This document shows positions 31,513 through 41,274 of a stretch of 64,000 nt of DNA, in pieces (position 1 is the first letter of the stretch; every line of letters begins with the position of its first letter). The DNA is from an uncultured Candidatus Actinomarina sp. (GTDB lineage Bacteria > Actinomycetota > Acidimicrobiia > Actinomarinales > Actinomarinaceae), in contig CACFIX010000001.1 of NCBI GenBank assembly GCA_902566515.1, forward strand, positions 32,220 to 96,219, given 5' to 3'. The translations under genes were made by a program, and so were the position numbers. Below the pieces are notes generated by a model that saw nothing but the letters and a program-made list of their open reading frames with translations, searched no databases and was not told the origin of the DNA.

Positions 31513-32025
31513 ATGGAAAAATATCGTAGCCATAGAACTCTTATTCTGAATTCCACTTACCAGCCGCTGTCTGTTGTTCCATATAACAGAGCAATATCAT
31601 TATTAATCAACAAAAAAATAAATTCCATAAACGATTCTGAAATAATATTTAAATCAGAAAATAAACAAATTGCTTTACCTAATGTTGCATTATTGAACTA
31701 TTTTGTCAATGCACCTTATTCAAGGAGAGTTGCCTTGAATAAGGAAAATATCTTCATAAGAGATTTTTATACTTGTCAATATTGTGGGGACCAAGCAGAA
31801 TCGGTAGACCATATCATTCCCAAATCTAAAGGAGGAGAGCATATCTGGGATAATGTTGTTGCTTGTTGTAAAAAATGTAATTTAATTAAAGCTGATAAAG
31901 ATCTCACAGATACAAGGTTAAAATTAAAAAGAAATCCTCAACAACCTGTCGGAGCTTTTTGGATAAAAACAATCGTTGGTTCAAATCCGGATCCATCATG
32001 GGAAGAATATTTAATTTCAGCATAA
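31513..32025 (+). CDS. HNH endonuclease
   Basis: CQYCG...DHIIPKSKGGEHIWDNVVACCKKCNLIK HNH motif. Confidence 0.75.
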   Translation: MEKYRSHRTLILNSTYQPLSVVPYNRAISLLINKKINSINDSEIIFKSENKQIALPNVALLNYFVNAPYSRRVALNKENIFIRDFYTCQYCGDQAESVDHIIPKSKGGEHIWDNVVACCKKCNLIKADKDLTDTRLKLKRNPQQPVGAFWIKTIVGSNPDPSWEEYLISA

Positions 32026-32043
32026 AAAAATTTTTATCAAAAA

Positions 32044-32088
32044 GTGTTGCAAAGTGGTAGATAGTGTCATATAATGTGTAAAAGTGGT
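32044..32088 (+). promoter_or_regulatory. mraZ promoter (TTGCAA-17 bp-TATAAT) overlapped by five phased AWAGTGKT repeats (candidate MraZ operator)
   Basis: GTG cores at 32044, 32054, 32064, 32076, 32084 (about 10-bp phasing); -35 at 32047-32052, -10 at 32070-32075; SD AGGCGGAG before the GTG start at 32112. Confidence 0.45.
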
Positions 32089-32111
32089 TCAAGGCACGAA
32101 AGGCGGAGAAA

Positions 32112-32537
32112 GTGTTCCTTGGTGAGTTTCAACATACAATGGACTCTAAAGGTAGGGTTGTAATACCATCCAAGTTTAGAGACGAGCTTCAACAGGGCTG
32201 TGTGATCACCAAGGGGCAAGACAACTGTCTCCAAATACTAACTAAATCAAATTGGGAAGAAGAGGCAATGAAAATGGCTTCACTTCCATCCACAGACAGA
32301 ACATCAAGGCAATTAAGAAGGGCTTTATTCAGTGGTGCTATTGATGTAAAAATAGACTCAGCAGGAAGGGTACAAATACCTGAAAACTTACGAGTATATA
32401 GCGGAATTGACATCAATGAAGAAGTTACTGTAACGGGTTCAGGTCCTGTTGTGGAAGTTTGGTCAACTAGAAGTTGGAAGAAAATTCAAAGTGAAGCTGA
32501 TCGAGCCTTTGCAAATATAAACGAAGTGAAAGGATAA
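32112..32537 (+). CDS. mraZ: Transcriptional regulator MraZ
   Basis: MFLGEFQHTMDSKGRVVIP... duplicated SpoVT/AbrB-like halves. Confidence 0.9.
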   Translation: MFLGEFQHTMDSKGRVVIPSKFRDELQQGCVITKGQDNCLQILTKSNWEEEAMKMASLPSTDRTSRQLRRALFSGAIDVKIDSAGRVQIPENLRVYSGIDINEEVTVTGSGPVVEVWSTRSWKKIQSEADRAFANINEVKG

Positions 32538-32540
32538 GTT

Positions 32541-32627
32541 CATAGCCAGCTCTCTAGACAACTAAATTGGAACACCCTTACTCCGCCCAACTTTCCAATT
32601 GGTGCCAGTGCTAGAGAGCTGGGTATG
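32541..32627 (+). promoter_or_regulatory. GC-rich nested inverted repeat spanning the mraZ-rsmH gap and the rsmH start codon
   Basis: Outer 17-bp arms CATAGCCAGCTCTCTAG / CTAGAGAGCTGGGTATG (1 mismatch); inner 8-bp AATTGGAA / TTCCAATT; right arm includes the rsmH ATG. Confidence 0.4.
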
Positions 32628-33539
32628 AATAACAACAGGGTAGGATACTTAAAGCATAGCGGAGTGATGATATCCGAAGTTAATAAAATAGTTTCTAATT
32701 CACCTGCAGGAATATTTGTAGATGCTACTTATGGTTATGGTTCGCATTTTAACTACTTAAAACAAAAGAACAGCCATCTTGAATTTATTGGTATAGATAG
32801 AGATTTAGAAGCAGTTAAGAATTCCTCTGATGAAGTCTTAAATATAAAATTTTCAAACATTACTGATATATTATCTATTAAAAAAATTTTGAATATATCA
32901 GGAGTTTTCTATGACTTTGGTATTTCCTCACATCAAATTGATAACCCAGATAGAGGATTTTCATATTTGAATACGGGACCACTAGACATGAGAATGAACC
33001 AAGATGACAAAATTACTGCAGATGAAATATTAAATCAATTTGAAGAGGAAGATATTGCAAATATTTTGTATAAATATTCTGGTGAAAAAAATTCTCGTAA
33101 AATAGCAAAAGCAATTTCTGACTCAAGACCATTAAAATCTACCGAAGATTTTTCTAACGTTTTGAAAAACGTATTAGGAAAACAGAATCCAAAATATATA
33201 AATCAGACAATAAAAAGATGTTTTCAAGCAATAAGAATTTATGTAAATAATGAACTTGAAGAGATTACTTTATCGATAAATAAAATTAAAAACTTTATTA
33301 AACCTGGTGGTGTAATTGTTTGTATTACCTATCACTCTCTTGAAGACAAAATAGTTAAAGATATTTTTAATGATTTAACTGTTAAATGTATTTGCAATCC
33401 GAGAATTCCAATTTGCAGTTGTAATACGATTCAAAAATTTAAATTTGGTAAAAATAAAAAATTATTTCCTTCAGATGATGAAATCAATAAAAATTCAAGA
33501 TCAGCTTCAGCTATTTTGAGATATGTGGTGAAAATATGA
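32625..33539 (+). CDS. rsmH: 16S rRNA (cytosine1402-N4)-methyltransferase
   Basis: MraW family; SAM-binding DATYGYGSH... and FDFGISSHQID motifs. Confidence 0.9.
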   Translation: MNNNRVGYLKHSGVMISEVNKIVSNSPAGIFVDATYGYGSHFNYLKQKNSHLEFIGIDRDLEAVKNSSDEVLNIKFSNITDILSIKKILNISGVFYDFGISSHQIDNPDRGFSYLNTGPLDMRMNQDDKITADEILNQFEEEDIANILYKYSGEKNSRKIAKAISDSRPLKSTEDFSNVLKNVLGKQNPKYINQTIKRCFQAIRIYVNNELEEITLSINKIKNFIKPGGVIVCITYHSLEDKIVKDIFNDLTVKCICNPRIPICSCNTIQKFKFGKNKKLFPSDDEINKNSRSASAILRYVVKI

Positions 33540-33856
33540 AATTTAGAAATATTATGTTTCTAATGGCAAGTGTTTTTATTTTGTCAATGCTTTCAGATTT
33601 GTATTTCAACTTAAAAATTAATGAATCGTCTAGTGATTTAGAGCAAATAAATAATGAAATTCTAATACTTCAAATTGAAAAGTCTAAAGTTCATTTAAGA
33701 CATACTGAAGAATTTTCAATTGGAAATATTGAAAAACTTTCAAAGGAAATTAATTTTAAAAGATTAGATATTCACAAGAAAAATTTTGATTTGGTAAGAC
33801 CCTACAAATTGATTGAAGATTCTAATCCTGTAATTGTTATGGGTTTTGGAAAATGA
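33536..33856 (+). CDS. ftsL: Cell division protein FtsL-like (small bitopic protein)
   Basis: 106 aa, one TM plus coiled coil; position between rsmH and ftsI. Confidence 0.5.
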   Translation: MKFRNIMFLMASVFILSMLSDLYFNLKINESSSDLEQINNEILILQIEKSKVHLRHTEEFSIGNIEKLSKEINFKRLDIHKKNFDLVRPYKLIEDSNPVIVMGFGK

Positions 33857-35529
33857 TCAATTTTCAAAGATTAAAAAATTATTTTCTAATCTTTGTAGTG
33901 TTTTTTACAGTTTTAGGTTCTTCTTATGTTTTTATATCAACAGTTTATGAACTTCAATTTACAAATTCTGATTATTTTAAAAACCAAGCTTTATCTTATC
34001 GAGTTAAAACTGAAAAGTTAAAAGCGTCAAGAGGCAATATTTATGACAAAAATCTTTTGGTATTATCTTCAAGTTCTCGGTCTTACAATATTGGAGTTTT
34101 TCCAACAAAAATTGACAATTTAAATGAAGTAGTAAATTCACTATCTGCAATATTATTTATAGAAAAAGATTTATTACATAAAAGGATAATATCCACAACT
34201 AACTTTTTTTATCTTGATAGAAATATAGATTATGAAAGAGGAGAAGAAATAAAAAGTTGGAATCTTGAAGGGGTTGTTCTAGAACCTTCATTTAATCGTG
34301 TAATACACACTAATTCAGTTTCAAAAATTATAGGAAAAGTTGATCCTGATGAAAATGGCATAGAAGGGCTGGAGCTTTATTTTGACTCATCACTTAAAGG
34401 AATAGATGGTGAAATTAAATATGAAGCTTCACCGAATGGAAAAATTATTCCTCAAGCACCTATTACAACTATTCAACCAACTCACGGAAAAGATTTAATT
34501 TTGACACTAGATTCAGAATTGCAATTTGTAAGTGAAAATCTATGTTCTGAGGCGTTAGAAATAACCGAAGCATTAAATTGCTCTATTGTTTTTGCTAACG
34601 CAAATACAGGAGAAATATTAATTGCTGCCGAAAAAAGTGGATATCTTGAAAATAGTTTAAACATAGACCTTTTGAGTATTAGAGCTCAGTACGAGCCTGG
34701 TTCTTCATTAAAAATCTTTTCTATAGGTGCAGGTATCGAACAAGGATTATTTGATGAAAATACTAAATATTTAGTTGACGATAAAATCGAAATTATAGAG
34801 GGATCCTGTGCCAAAAATTATGATGGTCTAAAAGGATGTTACAGAGATTTCTTAAAGCATGACCCGTATGAAATGTCTATTAAGGAAATAATAGAGCGCT
34901 CATCAAATGTTGGGACAATTCTTGCAACCAAAGATTTGGACATAAATTATTTAGAAGACTATCTTAATAAATTTGGTTTTGGTGAAAGAACAGGCGTGGA
35001 ATTGACCGGTGAGATAAAGGGAAGTTTCACTGAATATAACATTTGTAAAACCTGTTTAAGTTCACTATCAATCGGTTACTCAGTTAATGTAACGCAACTT
35101 CAAATGGTCAAAGCATATAGTATTATTGCAAATGGTGGTAAGAATATAAATTTGTCATTAGTTAAAAAACCTACAGAAAGTTCGAATCTTCAACAGGTAA
35201 TAAGTGTTGAAATGTCTGAAAGACTGAGGAATCTCTTAATAAATGTTGTAGAAGGTGTTAACGGAACAGGAAAGTCATTGAAACTTGAAAATTATATAAT
35301 TGGAGGAAAGACTGGGACTAGTAGAACCCATATTGAGGGAGATGGCTATTCAGATTTTAGATTTAATACTTCTTTTACTGGATTTATTGAAACATTAGAA
35401 GGACCTGTTGTTGGATCAGTTATTTTATGGGGAGCTTCTGTTAACCCAGCATCTGAATACGTTACGGGAGGATCAACTGCTGCTCCGATATTTAAAACAA
35501 TTGTCAGCAACCTAGTACCAGGAGAGTAA
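33853..35529 (+). CDS. ftsI: Peptidoglycan D,D-transpeptidase (class B PBP, FtsI-like)
   Basis: SSLK (SxxK), SSN, KTG motifs in order; N-terminal TM anchor. Confidence 0.85.
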   Translation: MINFQRLKNYFLIFVVFFTVLGSSYVFISTVYELQFTNSDYFKNQALSYRVKTEKLKASRGNIYDKNLLVLSSSSRSYNIGVFPTKIDNLNEVVNSLSAILFIEKDLLHKRIISTTNFFYLDRNIDYERGEEIKSWNLEGVVLEPSFNRVIHTNSVSKIIGKVDPDENGIEGLELYFDSSLKGIDGEIKYEASPNGKIIPQAPITTIQPTHGKDLILTLDSELQFVSENLCSEALEITEALNCSIVFANANTGEILIAAEKSGYLENSLNIDLLSIRAQYEPGSSLKIFSIGAGIEQGLFDENTKYLVDDKIEIIEGSCAKNYDGLKGCYRDFLKHDPYEMSIKEIIERSSNVGTILATKDLDINYLEDYLNKFGFGERTGVELTGEIKGSFTEYNICKTCLSSLSIGYSVNVTQLQMVKAYSIIANGGKNINLSLVKKPTESSNLQQVISVEMSERLRNLLINVVEGVNGTGKSLKLENYIIGGKTGTSRTHIEGDGYSDFRFNTSFTGFIETLEGPVVGSVILWGASVNPASEYVTGGSTAAPIFKTIVSNLVPGE

Positions 35530-36923
35530 TGAATAAAATTTACAATTATGACCAATATTTGGGAATGAATTTAGATTTTTCGTTAATTGTAAATTCAACA
35601 CTTGACCTAAAACCTGGTTCAATTTTATGTATTGATAATGAAGATATTGAAAAGTTAGATTATTTGATAAAAGAAGCATTGAATAAAGATGTAGACAAAA
35701 TTTTAACTAGTTCAAAATCCAAAATTTCCGATGAAAAGGTATATAGATTCGAAGAATATGAAAAAGTTTTTGAAGATATTTTGAAGAACATAAATCCTAA
35801 TTTTAAAAATAAAACATTTTTTGGTATTACAGGAACAAATGGAAAAACAACTACTGCTCATTTACTAAACTCTCTACTTGGAGATTCCTCAATTTTTGTA
35901 GGAACTATTGACGAAGATAATCTTTTTGAATTTACAAAAGAGGAACATTTAACAACACCAAAACTATTTAATCTTGTAAAAATGTTGTCCTTAGTTGATA
36001 GAGATGTAAGCAATGTAGTGCTTGAGGTTTCTTCACATGCTTTAGATCAAAAAAGATTAAATGGTTTATATTTCAAAATGTCTGGATTTACAAATTTAAG
36101 CCAAGATCATTTAGATTACCACAACACAATGGATGAGTATTTTGAAGCAAAAACAAAGCTATTCAATAAACAAACTTCAGAAGAGTTTGCATACATAGTT
36201 TCAAACTATGGTGAAAAATTAAATAAAATTTATGATTCTAAAGGTTTTTCTATTGGCAATACAAAGAATAATAATGTTCAATTAAATTCATATACTATAG
36301 ATTCAATTGATTTTGATATTGATGGAATAAATGTGAATTCAAAACTTTACTTATCAGGTCCAGAAATTATTTACAATTTTCTATTGGCTTTTAGCATGGC
36401 TTATTTTTCAAAAGTTAAAAACATTAATGAGCTTAAAGATCAAATACCCCTTCTAAAAAATCCAAAAGGAAGATACGAAATTATCAAATATACAAAAGGT
36501 GATATCATCGTAGACTATTCCCATACACCTGAGGCAATAGAAAAAGTGATTAAATACACAAAAGAAAGATATAAAAAAGACGTAATTGTAGTTTTTGGAG
36601 CAGGAGGGAATCGTGATAAGTCAAAAAGAAAATTTATGGGTACAGCATCTCAAAATGCTGAAAAAATAATTATTACTAACGATAACCCAAGGAAAGAAGA
36701 TCAACTTGATATATCAAAACAAATACTTGATGGAATTGATCTTAAGAAAAACGTAGAGATCATCATAGATAGAAGAGAAGCTATAAGCAAAGGTGTAAAA
36801 CTTCTAGATGGTAAAAGCACACTACTAGTATTAGGTAAAGGACATGAAAAATTTCAAGAAATAGGTGATGAATTGTATGAATTTGATGATGTTGAAGTTG
36901 TTAGAGAACAGATAAGCATCTAA
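35529..36923 (+). CDS. murE: UDP-MurNAc-L-Ala-D-Glu:meso-diaminopimelate ligase
   Basis: GITGTNGKTTTAHL P-loop; DNPR motif (TNDNPRKED) diagnostic of DAP-adding MurE. Confidence 0.85.
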   Translation: MNKIYNYDQYLGMNLDFSLIVNSTLDLKPGSILCIDNEDIEKLDYLIKEALNKDVDKILTSSKSKISDEKVYRFEEYEKVFEDILKNINPNFKNKTFFGITGTNGKTTTAHLLNSLLGDSSIFVGTIDEDNLFEFTKEEHLTTPKLFNLVKMLSLVDRDVSNVVLEVSSHALDQKRLNGLYFKMSGFTNLSQDHLDYHNTMDEYFEAKTKLFNKQTSEEFAYIVSNYGEKLNKIYDSKGFSIGNTKNNNVQLNSYTIDSIDFDIDGINVNSKLYLSGPEIIYNFLLAFSMAYFSKVKNINELKDQIPLLKNPKGRYEIIKYTKGDIIVDYSHTPEAIEKVIKYTKERYKKDVIVVFGAGGNRDKSKRKFMGTASQNAEKIIITNDNPRKEDQLDISKQILDGIDLKKNVEIIIDRREAISKGVKLLDGKSTLLVLGKGHEKFQEIGDELYEFDDVEVVREQISI

Positions 36924-37981
36924 TGATTGGAATAATTGTATCAGGAGGATTAAGTTTTTTATTTGTTCTTGTATCAACATTCTTGGGCGTAAATTATTTC
37001 AAGAGTAGAAATATAGGACAAAATATTCAAGAAGAAGTTGTTCAACACGAACATAAAAAAGGGACACCTACAATGGGTGGAATTTTCTTGATTCTTGGTA
37101 CTTCTTTTGGATTTTTTGCTTCACACATAAACTTTTGGACTATAGGTAGAGGTTTTGAGGTTGTTTTAAGAAGAATTAATGAAGATGTTTTAGCTTTATT
37201 AATTATTGCGATTGTGATGGCTTTAGTTGGTTTAGTTGATGATTATTTAAAAGTAAAAGGTAATAGAAATTTAGGTCTTACGGTCAAGCAAAAATTTGGA
37301 CTACAGTTTTTAGCAGGTATATTTGCAGCTGTATATATTTACAATTTAGACTACTCAACACAACTATATATATTTAGTGGTTTTGGTGTAGACATTGGAT
37401 TTTTCAAATGGATATTAATAGTTTTTGTATTTGTAGGTATTACTAATGCGGTAAATCTTACGGATGGTTTGGATGGGCTAGTAGCTGGAAGTAGTTCAAT
37501 TAGTTTTGCTGGTATTTTAGTTATTTCATTTTGGATATATAGGCATCCAGAATATTATTCAAATTTTATAAGTGATTCTTTTTTAACAGTAGATATTTCA
37601 CTTTTAATTTCATCTGTTTCAGGTGCTTGTTTAGGCTTTTTGTGGTGGAATACTAATCCAGCAAAAATAATCATGGGTGATGTCGGCGCACATTTTATTG
37701 GTGCGATGTTTCCATTAATTTTGGTTTCATTAGGTGCAGAAGGGCTACTTCTATTTTTTTGTTTCTTATTTTTAGTAGAAGCTGGATCAGTAATAATTCA
37801 AGTCGTTTCTTATAGATATAGAAAAAAACGAATTTTTAAAATGGCACCATTACACCATCATTTTGAAATGAAAAACTGGGCTGAAACAACAGTAATTGTT
37901 AGATTTTGGATTATTAATGGAATTTTTGTAGTGCTTGGTTTAGGGCTCTTTTATGCTGACTGGGTTTTGTTTGGAAATTAA
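36923..37981 (+). CDS. mraY: Phospho-N-acetylmuramoyl-pentapeptide transferase
   Basis: PTMGG, NAVNLTDGLDGL, 10 TM. Confidence 0.9.
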   Translation: MIGIIVSGGLSFLFVLVSTFLGVNYFKSRNIGQNIQEEVVQHEHKKGTPTMGGIFLILGTSFGFFASHINFWTIGRGFEVVLRRINEDVLALLIIAIVMALVGLVDDYLKVKGNRNLGLTVKQKFGLQFLAGIFAAVYIYNLDYSTQLYIFSGFGVDIGFFKWILIVFVFVGITNAVNLTDGLDGLVAGSSSISFAGILVISFWIYRHPEYYSNFISDSFLTVDISLLISSVSGACLGFLWWNTNPAKIIMGDVGAHFIGAMFPLILVSLGAEGLLLFFCFLFLVEAGSVIIQVVSYRYRKKRIFKMAPLHHHFEMKNWAETTVIVRFWIINGIFVVLGLGLFYADWVLFGN

Positions 37982-39175
37982 GTGAAAAAATTAATATTTG
38001 GATATGGTGAAACAGGCAAAGCTGTAGAACAATTTTTTATTAATAACAAAATAGATTTTGAAATCTATGATGATAATATTTCTGATTTCGACAGAGATAT
38101 TTCTAACAATCTTATGGAATTTGATGAAGTAATAATTTCTCCTGGTATTCCTCAAGATAATTTACTACTTTCAAAAATAAAATCACAGAATTTAAATATT
38201 TCTACTGATTTAGATCTCTTTTTTAGGCACAACGATAAAAGTATCAAAGTTATTGGAATAACTGGAACAAATGGCAAAACATCATTTGTAAATATAGTTA
38301 AAGAATTTTTAGATAAGAATGGTCATAAAGCAATATCGTCTGGCAATATAGGAACCTCACCGTTAAATTCAATAAATAAGGATTTTGAATATCTTGTATT
38401 AGAGCTATCTAGTTACCAACTTCATTATTCTAAGAATTTATCACTTGATTTTGGAGTGGTTTTAAATATTGCAAGCGACCATCTAGACTGGCATGGAAGT
38501 TTTAAAAATTATTTAAAAGCTAAGTCCAAGATTATTAAATTCACTAAAAAGAATAATATGCTTGTTTATAGTGATTTAATTCAAGAGTTTGCAGATTATG
38601 AAACTAAAAAAATTGTTAATGCTGATTATTCATCCTTTGAAAATATAGATACACCTTTTTCAAATGAATTATTAGTACCTTTTTTAGATTTAATTTATTT
38701 ATTGGATTTAAATATAGAAAATATAGAAGAAGCTTGTTATAAATTCTTAGTAGGCTTGGAACAGTTAGAACATAGATATGAAAGAATCGATTTTAAAGGA
38801 AATATAAAATTTATAAATGATTCAAAAGCCACAAATTTTCATGCCGTAACTAATGCAATCAATAGATCAAAAAATATAATTCTTATTCTTCATGGTCTAA
38901 CTAAGAATATTCCTAATGAAGAATTAAAACTTACATCTGATGTTAAAAAAATTATTGTACAGTCTGAAATGAAATTAAATTTAAATGAATTTTATGGAAA
39001 AACTATTAAATACGAATCAATCAATGAAATTAAAAACTTGATAAAGTCTGAGATGCAAGAAGGTGATACAGTGCTCTTTTCATGTGGTGGTGCAAGTTTT
39101 AACGACTTCCAAAATTATAGAGAGAGAGGAAATTTTTTCAAAAAACTAGTAAATGAGATTGATAGTGAAACTTAA
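37982..39175 (+). CDS. murD: UDP-MurNAc-L-Ala:D-Glu ligase
   Basis: GTG start; N-terminal Rossmann GYGETGKAV, GITGTNGKTS P-loop; short (397 aa). Confidence 0.8.
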   Translation: MKKLIFGYGETGKAVEQFFINNKIDFEIYDDNISDFDRDISNNLMEFDEVIISPGIPQDNLLLSKIKSQNLNISTDLDLFFRHNDKSIKVIGITGTNGKTSFVNIVKEFLDKNGHKAISSGNIGTSPLNSINKDFEYLVLELSSYQLHYSKNLSLDFGVVLNIASDHLDWHGSFKNYLKAKSKIIKFTKKNNMLVYSDLIQEFADYETKKIVNADYSSFENIDTPFSNELLVPFLDLIYLLDLNIENIEEACYKFLVGLEQLEHRYERIDFKGNIKFINDSKATNFHAVTNAINRSKNIILILHGLTKNIPNEELKLTSDVKKIIVQSEMKLNLNEFYGKTIKYESINEIKNLIKSEMQEGDTVLFSCGGASFNDFQNYRERGNFFKKLVNEIDSET

Positions 39176-40268
39176 AACATATTTTGACGAGTATCTGATA
39201 AAACTAAATGGTATTTCAATAATACTTCTTCTAGTCTTCGGAGTATTCCTTGTATCTTCAGCTACAGCTGTAGAGTCTCAGAGAATTTATTCAGATAGTT
39301 TTTATATGATTGCTAATCATGGATTAGGTATATTAATCGGGGTTGGGATGTTCTTATTAATAAAAAGATTTAATTATTTGTATTTTTTTAAATTTCTAAT
39401 ACCTCTAGTTTTAGTAATGATTGTTGCTTTATTTGTCTTACCAACAATGGGAGTCAATCTATTTGGTAGTACACGTTGGTTAGATATTGGCAATATAAGA
39501 ATTCAACCCAGTGAATTAGCAAAACCTATTATTATTCTTTGGGTAGCGAGACAACTATCAAATGAAAAAATAAAGGAACATGATCTGAAAACAATTTGGC
39601 GAGCAGGATTTATTCCAGGTTTAGCTGTAATTTTAATTTTTCTTCAACCTGATTTTGGAACTACAGCAACTATTGCTTTTATAGTGTTAATACAATTTTT
39701 GTTTTCAAAAACAAAACTAATCTACCCAGTGTTACTTTCATTAGTAGGTTGGTTTATTGGAAGATATTTTTTAGAATCAGAATTTTACAGGGCTGAAAGG
39801 CTTAGAGTTTGGAGCGAGGGGATATGCAATCAGGGCCAAGAACTTCTTGGTGCATGTTTTCAAGTCCATCAAAGTAGAATTGCTATCAGTTCTGGGGGCA
39901 TGTTTGGCTTAGGTCCAGGAACTTCTAGGGCAAGGTGGGGTTCTTTGCCAAGCGCTTATTCAGATTTTATTTCATCAATAATAGGTGAAGAATATGGTTT
40001 CATTGGATACTTAATATTTATATTTATTCTTTCGATATGCATTATTACTTTTTTCTTAATTGCTGTAAGAGAAAATAATGAATTTAAAAAAATATTTATT
40101 TCTGGTTTAGGAGCATGGATACTTTTTCAATCCGTTTTAAATTTAGGTGCTTCTGTATACTTGTTACCAATTACAGGAATTGTATTGCCATTTGTATCAT
40201 ATGGGGGTACGGCTATGGTTTCTATTTTTGTAGCACTTGGGATAATGCATTGTAGGGTTGATGAATAA
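39153..40268 (+). CDS. ftsW: SEDS-family peptidoglycan glycosyltransferase FtsW
   Basis: FtsW/RodA family TM topology and motifs (IQPSELAK, DFGT, SDFIFS-like). Confidence 0.85.
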   Translation: MRLIVKLKTYFDEYLIKLNGISIILLLVFGVFLVSSATAVESQRIYSDSFYMIANHGLGILIGVGMFLLIKRFNYLYFFKFLIPLVLVMIVALFVLPTMGVNLFGSTRWLDIGNIRIQPSELAKPIIILWVARQLSNEKIKEHDLKTIWRAGFIPGLAVILIFLQPDFGTTATIAFIVLIQFLFSKTKLIYPVLLSLVGWFIGRYFLESEFYRAERLRVWSEGICNQGQELLGACFQVHQSRIAISSGGMFGLGPGTSRARWGSLPSAYSDFISSIIGEEYGFIGYLIFIFILSICIITFFLIAVRENNEFKKIFISGLGAWILFQSVLNLGASVYLLPITGIVLPFVSYGGTAMVSIFVALGIMHCRVDE

Positions 40269-41274
40269 AGGTGTATTTTTATGTGTTGGTACTGGTGGAC
40301 ACGTTCTGCCAGCTTATAACGTAATTAAATCAATGCTTAATCAAGGAATTGATAAAAAAAATATTCTAATAGTTACTGATGAAAGAGGTATTGAGTATTT
40401 CAAAGAAAAAGACTTTGAGACTATAGTTTATCCTTTTGTGTCCTCTCGAAAAGGAACTATTGGCTATCTACTAAATCTTGGAAAAATTTTTAAAAGTATT
40501 GTGTATTTGTATAAAAGTTTAAAAAAGTATAAACCCCAATTTCTATTTACAACTGGTGCATATATTGCTCCAGTTTCAGCAATTGTTTCAAAATTATTGA
40601 AAGTAAATTTCTATATACAAGAACAGAATATATATTCAGGTTTAGGAAATAAGCTTTCGGCTCCCTTCGCTAAAACAATCTTTACATCTTTTCCTGATAC
40701 AAAAAATATTCAAAAGAACAAGATTCAATATTGCGGACCAGTTTTAAATTTAGATTTAAACAACATTGAAATTAATAAAACTTCTAATTTTACAATAGGA
40801 TTTCAAGGTGGAAGCCAAGGGTCAAAAGAAATAAATAATCTTGTTTACAAATTTTGTGAAGATGAGAAGTATATAGATATTGATATCATCCACATTGTGG
40901 GTAAAAATAATGAAATAGTTAATACAAATAGAAAAAATTATATTTCTCATAATTATATTGATGACATGCAGTCATTTTATAATTCAATCCATTTACAAGT
41001 TTCTCGTGCAGGCGGAGGTAGTCTTGAAGCTGCGTATCTCAATATCTACCAGTTACTCATTCCCTTTAAGCACGGAACTACTTCAGAACATCAACAGCTT
41101 AATGCTGAGTATCTGGAAAAAATAAATGCTGCGAGAATTGTTAAAAATTATAAAGATTTTACAGATCAAGTTGATTATTTTCTTAAAAATTATACTGAAA
41201 ATATAGAGAAAATTAAAATTGAACCAGGAAATTTAACAATTAGTGAAAAATTAGTAGATGAACTTATTAAGTAG
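40258..41274 (+). CDS. murG: UDP-GlcNAc:lipid I GlcNAc transferase
   Basis: GGTGGHVLPA, GGSQGS motifs. Confidence 0.85.
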   Translation: MMNKGVFLCVGTGGHVLPAYNVIKSMLNQGIDKKNILIVTDERGIEYFKEKDFETIVYPFVSSRKGTIGYLLNLGKIFKSIVYLYKSLKKYKPQFLFTTGAYIAPVSAIVSKLLKVNFYIQEQNIYSGLGNKLSAPFAKTIFTSFPDTKNIQKNKIQYCGPVLNLDLNNIEINKTSNFTIGFQGGSQGSKEINNLVYKFCEDEKYIDIDIIHIVGKNNEIVNTNRKNYISHNYIDDMQSFYNSIHLQVSRAGGGSLEAAYLNIYQLLIPFKHGTTSEHQQLNAEYLEKINAARIVKNYKDFTDQVDYFLKNYTENIEKIKIEPGNLTISEKLVDELIK

